Below are positions 58,691 to 64,000 of a stretch of 64,000 nucleotides of DNA, in pieces. A program made the translations under genes and the position numbers. Source of the DNA: Octopus vulgaris. Taxonomy: Eukaryota. Where the stretch lies: assembly GCA_951406725.2 (NCBI GenBank), contig OX597817.1:111848001-111912000 (forward strand), given 5' to 3'. Positions within the stretch are counted from its first letter, which is position 1, and each line of letters begins with the position of its first letter. The notes below the pieces were generated by a model. That model worked only from the letters and a program-made list of their open reading frames with translations. It did not search any database and was not told the origin of the DNA.

Positions 58691-61600
58691 TATTGTAACC
58701 TTTACACTTACACAGTAGACACATGTTGTAAATTCAAACATATTTTTCTTTCAGTAATATGAACATTTTCCTTTCCAGTTATTATAGTTACTTAAGATTT
58801 AGTACAAATATGCTAACAAAATTTGAAATAATAATTTTTCACCATAAAAGGTTGTAAATCACCAAGAGATTCAACAATGTTGGTAACCTCCAAAAGATTC
58901 AACTGTCTTATATAAAAAACTAGTCTCAGTCAAATGAACATATTTCTTTTTAACTATTATAATTATGTAAGATTTGGTACAAATATACAAACATTTGAAT
59001 AATAATTTTTTTACAATAAAATAAATTACACATATTAACATAACTAGTGATCTTCAGAGAATTCAACAGTATATTATTTAAGAATCAATTTTCAAATGCT
59101 TAATTTTATTTAATACTAAAATTAAGCAAATTATACTCTGTAAATTTGGAATGATTTAATAAGCACTTTAACATCAAAAACAAATTAAAACTTTTTTTAT
59201 TGCTTCAGGACACTATTTGTTAAAAGTAAAATAATGTTTCTTTCTAACTTGTTTGGATAACCAATACAGTCACAATTTCTGAATAAACTGTGACAATATT
59301 AATTGAGCATTATATATGTTGAAATTATATTTTAATTTTGATAGAAATAATGTCTAAAATGCAATAACTTCTAGCAGGAAGAAAAACAACTTTTGCTAAG
59401 ATCCACAATGGAGCATTGCTCTCACATTGGGATGGTATTGCTGCTATACATACACACACACACACACACACACATGCACATATCCAATGCAGCATCCAGA
59501 AAAGAGTCAAAGGGCCACCCAACTGATTATCATTAATTCATTCATAAACACTCTCCAGCTTCTAGCTCAGAAGTGTGCTATCTTTACTCTCTGCTTTTTT
59601 ACTGCTACTTATAATGGTTTCTGCTCATTGGAATTGGCTGGACTCATGCCAGCTCTACTTAAGCATTCCAGCCCTACTCATCTCTCCCATTCTCATCACC
59701 CTTCTTATGTCCAACCCTACCAGGTCCAGCACAAATTACTATAGTCAGTCATTCCTTTCCAAAATGTTGATTCTCTGAAATTTTTTTCCTGCTCATATCT
59801 TTCCTGCAGGTGTTAATTTACAAAGGTTCAAAGGGAATGGTATCAATCTTGCTAGTCTAGGAGGAATTGCAAGACTACAGACACTACCTCTTCCTCCAGA
59901 TCCAACTAGTAAATAACAAATAGCAGTAATAATAATAGTCAGATGATGACATAACACAGAGATATAGTTAAAAAAAAGATACAATTCAAAGCAAAAAGAC
60001 AAAGAGGGCAACCTATACACACACAAAGTAAGAAGCTACTATGTAGGTTTGATCAAAGCCAGGTTTGATCAAAGCCAGGTTTGATCCTTGTGATCCTTGA
60101 TCCAAAAGTGCCTGTGAGTATTTTTTTCAGCCAGCTAAGTCATGAAAAACTTTATTCTCTGGGACATAATCTCTCAAACGTTCATAGACTGATAATGTGG
60201 TCTTTATCAAAAGTCTGTCTTTTCAGCTTCCCTGATACTGTTCCAAGTAATGCTCTCTTTACTGTTCACTGTAAAATTCAATAACTCCTTAGGGGTGGGA
60301 ACAGCTCCTCTTGTGTCTTACCTTCTACTTCAGTTTCTGTTTTTCCCACTTCTTTTTGTAGTTGCTTTTACACAAGCATGAGGAAGACACACACAGGCAT
60401 GAGAAAGACACCCATGGCTTTCAAAATGCAGAGATATTTTTTCTCTTTCTCTCTTCAATAAGGAGTTGAAGTAGAGATGCACACTCCTTTGCCACAGAGC
60501 TCTGACAGGCAGGCTTTCTCTATCAGATAATTCATAACAAGAGCCTGAGCATATGAAAAAAAACTGAAACTGTCTTATTTATTGCTCAAATTTTTTAATG
60601 TGATGTGTGTGTATGCATGTGTACTTGTGTAAGGCAGAGGGAAATGTTGGAAATAAATTTCTATGATAAAGATCCATATAAAAAATATTTTTCCATGTAA
60701 TTTCACCTAATAAAAATGCTTTGTAAGAAAGCAGTATTGCCCAAGTATATACATATTAGAAACATACTGATTTTGAAATATGCATGTCTCCATTCATAAC
60801 GTCATTTTTTTGGTAGATTAAATTCACAAATTGATTTTAGTTTCTGATTGAAATCACCACACTTATTTCACCTTTGGAAAAATTAAGATAGATATGATTT
60901 TGAAAAAAAAAAAGCACGACTATCCTAACTTCACACTCTCCCTACATTTATAGGTTTTATATTTAAGTGAACAAACTACTTGTCAAAATATATTTAATTT
61001 CCATTTTAATAAAATATTTTTGATGAAAGTTGTAGGGTTTTTTTCTGTCTATCTTGATTATATTCTTTTATTTTTTCAATTGAGGGAAAGGTACATTAAT
61101 GTGTGAATACACATACTATTTTCATATTCAGTTAATTAAGAAGACCATATGTCCAATATACAAAAAGATTGAAATAGTCTTACACTTTTCCCTTCTTTCT
61201 GTTAGGAGACACAAGCACTTTCACACATATGTACACACATGATGGGAACTTCTGCCTACCAAATTCAATTACAAGCTTTTGTTTAAATAAATTTGTTTTG
61301 CATATTTTTATATTTAAGAGATTATTGTTTCTCTTGTATGCCAAATGGTTTTTGGTTTCTTTTAAATGACTATGCACTTACAGTTTTTTTTTTAATATCA
61401 AGAACCACTTTGAAGATTTTTTTATTGATAAATTTCTATGTTACCATTTTAAAAGTGCTCTAAATTAATTTGGTTAATTGTTATTTAAATTTGAAATAAA
61501 TTTTAAAAGCAAGTTTAAACACCAAAAACAAATTAGATTTAGTTAGAAACATCAATGACTTATCATGATAAAAAAAAAAAATTGTATATATGTTTCTGAA

Positions 61601-61851
61601 TTAGTATATTGATATACTGTGGCATGTTACTTATGGCTCTAGTAGACTATACTGTGGATTATAAATCTGTTATCATCTTGTGAAACTGTCCATCTTCATT
61701 CTGCCTTTAAAATTTCATTTGTTTTTGTGGTACCTGAACAGTATTGTATTTAAATAGCCACAATATTTAAAATGGTATTGAGGTAATTATTTGGATATCA
61801 GCCATTTCAATAAATGGTTATCTATGCACGCTATTTGGTTATGTTTGATCA

Positions 61852-62028
61852 TCTATCTATATATGTAAAATCTTTTGTCTCTGTCTGTTCCCAATCCATT
61901 CTCAAACAGCTGAACCAAATCAAATAAAATTTTACATGGTAATACTATCACACCCCAGGAGTGTCAACATATAATTTTTGGGGATTAAAACAATTCAAGA
62001 TTGACACTGGTTTTGTATTGCGTCTCAA

Positions 62029-62106
<78 letters not shown>

Positions 62107-62127
62107 GTATATATGTATATATATACA

Positions 62128-62199
<72 letters not shown>

Positions 62200-62432
62200 T
62201 ATATGCACATGTATATAGACTCAAAGATATTGAAAAGGTTGCAAGATGCAACAAAAATTTTTAAAAATGAAAAAAGAAATAAGTGGAAATTTTATTGGTG
62301 AGCGTGTTAAATTATAAGGCACTAAAAGAGAATGACTCTCCCCAGACACCACAGAATATGCTTCAACACACGGACTCATATAAAGAATCTTGCAAACCAA
62401 AAACAGAAATGAAATATATATACATGTGTATA

Positions 62433-62502
<70 letters not shown>

Positions 62503-62674
62503 TATATAATAATAAGAGTAAATAATTTCCTTGATGGTTTTTTAAAAAACCAACAATTATTTACTGGTAGATTTCGGTATGTAAATATAACCATTAGAGG
62601 CAGGAACTTCGTGAAGTTCAGTATGTATTGTATATAAGTAGAACCTGTTGCCTGGCCCTTTCTACATATATATA

Positions 62675-62709
<35 letters not shown>

Positions 62710-62838
62710 GAATACATGTATATTTGTATATATATATGTGTATATATATGTACATTTATATATATACATGTAAAATTTCCACATTTTTTAAATTTTTTAA
62801 AATTTTTTGTTGCATCTTGCAAAATTTTCAATAGTTTT

Positions 62839-62880
<42 letters not shown>

Positions 62881-63366
62881 GTATATATACATATGTATGT
62901 ATATATATGTATATGTATATACAATGTATATATATATAATGGAGAAGTTGTACAAAATGTATAAATGGATGATGAATAAAGAACTGGCACAGTTTCAATT
63001 ACCTGTTGTTATCCGTAGATTTACTGCAGGGACTTCATAGTGGCGGTTGGGGGTAACAGTATTAATAAAATAGAAAATGGAATGTGTAATAGACTTTAAA
63101 AGCATCCAGTCCACACTGTAGAGTGGTTGGTGTTTGGAAGAGCATCCAGCTGTAAAAAAACCTTACCAAAACTGACCTCGCCTGTGCATTTGCCACATAA
63201 AAAGCACTAAGTCCATTCTGCTGAGTGGTTGGTGTTAGAAAAGGCATCCAGCTGTAAAAATCCTGCCATAACAGTCAAGAGCTTGGCCAACTCTTGTAGA
63301 ACTGTCTCACCCATGACAGCATGGAACACAGACGTTAAATGATGATGATATATATATGTATACACA

Positions 63367-63404
<38 letters not shown>

Positions 63405-63734
63405 CACTATAACCTCATGCCAACCAAAGCCTTGTGAGTGGATTTCATACAGGGAAACTGAAAGAAGACTGTTGTATATATGTGTATATTTGTGTGTGTG
63501 TCTGTACCCTCACTCTCACTTGACAACTGTTGCTGTGGTTATGTCTTCATAAATTAACGGTTCGGCAAAAGACACCGATGGAATAAGTACTAGGCTTACA
63601 AAGAATGAATCCTAGGGTTGATTTGTTTGACTAAAAGCGGTGCTGCAGCATTACTGCAGTCACATGACTGAAACAAGTAAACAATGAAAAACTATGCTGT
63701 TTTAATCCCGAGCAATGCCGGATATCTTTGCTAG
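61852..63734 (+). mobile_element. Non-autonomous Helitron-like element with nested insertions
   Basis: 5' A|TCTATCTATATATGTAAAA...CTCAAACAGCTGAACCAAATCAAATAAAATTTT; 3' hairpin CCCGAGCAATGCCGG followed by CTAG|T. Confidence 0.6.
62029..62940. repeat. Cluster of long interrupted (TA)n tracts
   Basis: Direct inspection; source of spurious IYIY ORFs. Confidence 0.95.
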
Positions 63735-64000
63735 TTTGGAATAAATTTGGAAAGCTTTTTGTAAACCCTGTGAACTAATAAGTGCTTGTCAGTCGTCAGT
63801 ATACTATTCTAGGCTTAAATGTGATTCACAAATAGCAACGATATCAATTCAGTTTCTATCCAGTAAATACAATTATTTAATTGGTTAAATGCTCAATAAT
63901 CAATCTTCTTAAGTTCTGGACATAGTTTGGTAAAACAAATAAAATTAAGAGGCTCACATTTTGCATGTGTGTGTGTGTAAAAATAGAAATGAGAAACTCA

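Noticed and set aside
61961-63040. Many overlapping IYIYIY ORFs on both strands
   Set aside because: Translations of (TA)n microsatellites, not genes.

Overview
AT-rich, microsatellite- and SINE-dense animal genomic DNA. The repeat families look like those of Octopus (recalled, not verified). Two divergently oriented spliced genes can be built by hand with GT-AG junctions and consistent frames. (1) Importin-13 (IPO13) on the minus strand has 20 coding exons from the ATG at 36137 down to 467 (687 codons in the window) and continues past the left edge. (2) A FAM151/menorin-family gene on the plus strand has 4 coding exons, 46026-58582 (547 aa). It has an N-terminal hydrophobic anchor, lacks both putative catalytic histidines and carries an extra ~200-aa C-terminal domain. 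The rest is repeat DNA: full-length and deleted mariners, a piggyBac remnant with matching MITEs, a hAT MITE, Helitron/Helentron-like elements, RTE/CR1/Penelope/CRE retroelement relics, a DDE integrase relic, a probable solo LTR and many tRNA-derived SINEs. Most short ORFs in the supplied track are spurious. I found no convincing new multi-gene system. The best leads are the FAM151 pseudoenzyme, an orphan PPME1-like exon, a possible bidirectional promoter, an in-frame uORF on IPO13 and several strong intronic hairpins. All homology calls are from memory of the families; no database searches were run.
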